Source of the DNA: Bdellovibrionota bacterium
Lineage (GTDB): Bacteria; Bdellovibrionota_C; UBA2361; JBIKUX01
Reading direction: 5' to 3'
NCBI GenBank assembly: GCA_044347345.1
Contig: JBIKUX010000004.1
Coordinates: 51,110-115,109, forward strand
DNA: 64,000 nucleotides
Position 1 is the first letter of the stretch, and every line of letters starts with the position of its first letter. The position numbers and the translations under genes are program-made. The notes below the pieces were generated by a model. That model saw only the letters and a list, made by a program, of their open reading frames with translations, ran no database searches and was not told the DNA's origin. Positions 62,801-64,000 of the stretch are shown piece after piece.

Positions 62801-63772
62801 ATGAGTAATTTTAATGACGAAGCTGGTGAACTTTCTGATGAAGAAGTTTCTGAGCAAGAATACTTTGCTAAAAGTAATGAGCTTTCGACTAAGTTCTACG
62901 AGCCGAACCTAGATGACCGCTATGCCTCTAAGTTAAAAGGTAGTGCCAAAGAAATAAATGATGATGATGACGGTATTGTTGCAGGGGACGAGGACAGTGA
63001 CGACGAACTCTCCCCTAAAAAGAAGGTAACTGTGACTCAAATTTTGTTACTTTTTTCGGTTTTGTTTGTTGAGATTATCGTAATGCTTATTACGTTTTTT
63101 CCAGCAGAATTAGCCATGATTTATTCCGGACCTTTTGAGCATTATTTAGCTGCTTTTGTTCCTATGGATGAAATAGAATCTAAAGAAGTAGTTACAAGAA
63201 GAGATGCTAAAAAGGCACCAGCTGGAAAAGTCTCTTTAATGGCAACTCCTGCGACAAAAGGGGTGATAGATTCGAGTAATGAGGGAGGGGAGTTTCCTTC
63301 AAGTGAGGGTGACGCTAACGTGCCGGTTGTTGTAGAGCAAGTCTTAGAGGAGCATAAGAGGGACGAGGCATTAATAATATCACCGACAATAAGTTCCATA
63401 GTTTCGCAGCCTTCTGTGCTAAAGCCTACGTCAGTACCTACTACTGTTAAGGAGGTTGTCTCGCGTAAGCAGTTAGTAATACCTAAAGCTAAGAAGACCC
63501 AGTCTGAAAAGTTGATTGCTCAGAAAGATTTGGAAGGGCAATTCTTTGTTCAGATAGCAGCAGTGCGGAGACGTTCTCAGGCTGAAGCCTTAGTAAGGAG
63601 CTTTAAAGGTAAGGGCTTAGTGCTACGCATGGAAAAGACTATTTCAAAAGGTTTAACACTTTACCGGGTGGTTAGCCTGCCTCTATCTAAGCGCAAGGCT
63701 ACCGAGTTTGCTGACAAATTAGTCAGAGACAACTTGGTTGCAGAGAGACCATTTATGCGCAAAGCTGAATAA
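62801..63772 (+). CDS. SPOR-domain bitopic membrane protein (FtsN/DamX-like architecture)
   Basis: Acidic N-tail, TM, linker, C-terminal FFVQIAA...AE.L...YRV SPOR pattern. Confidence 0.8.
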   Translation: MSNFNDEAGELSDEEVSEQEYFAKSNELSTKFYEPNLDDRYASKLKGSAKEINDDDDGIVAGDEDSDDELSPKKKVTVTQILLLFSVLFVEIIVMLITFFPAELAMIYSGPFEHYLAAFVPMDEIESKEVVTRRDAKKAPAGKVSLMATPATKGVIDSSNEGGEFPSSEGDANVPVVVEQVLEEHKRDEALIISPTISSIVSQPSVLKPTSVPTTVKEVVSRKQLVIPKAKKTQSEKLIAQKDLEGQFFVQIAAVRRRSQAEALVRSFKGKGLVLRMEKTISKGLTLYRVVSLPLSKRKATEFADKLVRDNLVAERPFMRKAE

Positions 63773-63834
63773 GATTTAATCCAAGCTGAGTAGAGAGTTG
63801 TGTCCAAAAGACTTTATTAAACTTTCGCTTAATT

Positions 63835-63863
63835 TTGACAGCGGAGAAGCTTTCGATTAGCTT
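63835..63863 (+). promoter_or_regulatory. Putative sigma70 promoter of tRNA-His
   Basis: TTGACA-N17-TAGCTT. Confidence 0.6.
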
Positions 63864-63917
63864 CTGGTACTAGCACTTTTTATTGTATTTCAGATTACAA
63901 TAGTTAAACACCTGTTT

Positions 63918-63994
63918 GGTGGGCGTAGCTCAATAGGTAGAGCACCGGATTGTGGTTCCGGTGGTTGTGGGTTCAAGCCCCATCGCTCACCCCA
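63918..63994 (+). tRNA. tRNA-His(GTG)
   Basis: G-1, CCGGA-TTGTGGT-TCCGG anticodon arm, C73 and encoded CCA. Confidence 0.96.
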
Positions 63995-64000
63995 TTTATA

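Overview
Core-genome window from a low-GC bacterium. By eye, its ribosomal proteins look deltaproteobacterial-grade (possibly Bdellovibrionota/Oligoflexia-related; inference only). The centre (about 13.5-46.3 kb) is the tRNA/secE-nusG-rplKAJL-rpoB/str/S10/spc/alpha superoperon, which is unusually perforated. tufB, rpmG, rpoC, rpsN, map, infA and rpsD are absent from their usual positions, and several of the vacated spacers carry colinear, frameshifted motif traces that look like eroded gene relics. The single EF-Tu has the variant AKGGTVRD switch I. The left flank holds the most striking feature: a flagellin whose variable region is a seven-repeat FG-GAP/VCBS beta-propeller. It lies in a putative unit (membrane protein, flagellin, AMIN protein) preceded by tandem sigma28- and sigma54-like promoters, near comM and a pseudopilin-like/PilP fusion. 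The right flank has fabI, lptE, rpsT, dcd, signalling genes, ymdB, ompA-like, pyk, a deaminase, a Lys-rich histone-H1-like protein, dprA, a SPOR protein and tRNA-His. Seven tRNAs and several 14-17 bp tandem repeats were found. No CRISPR array, rRNA or mobile element was seen. All calls are by-eye pattern recognition without database searches.
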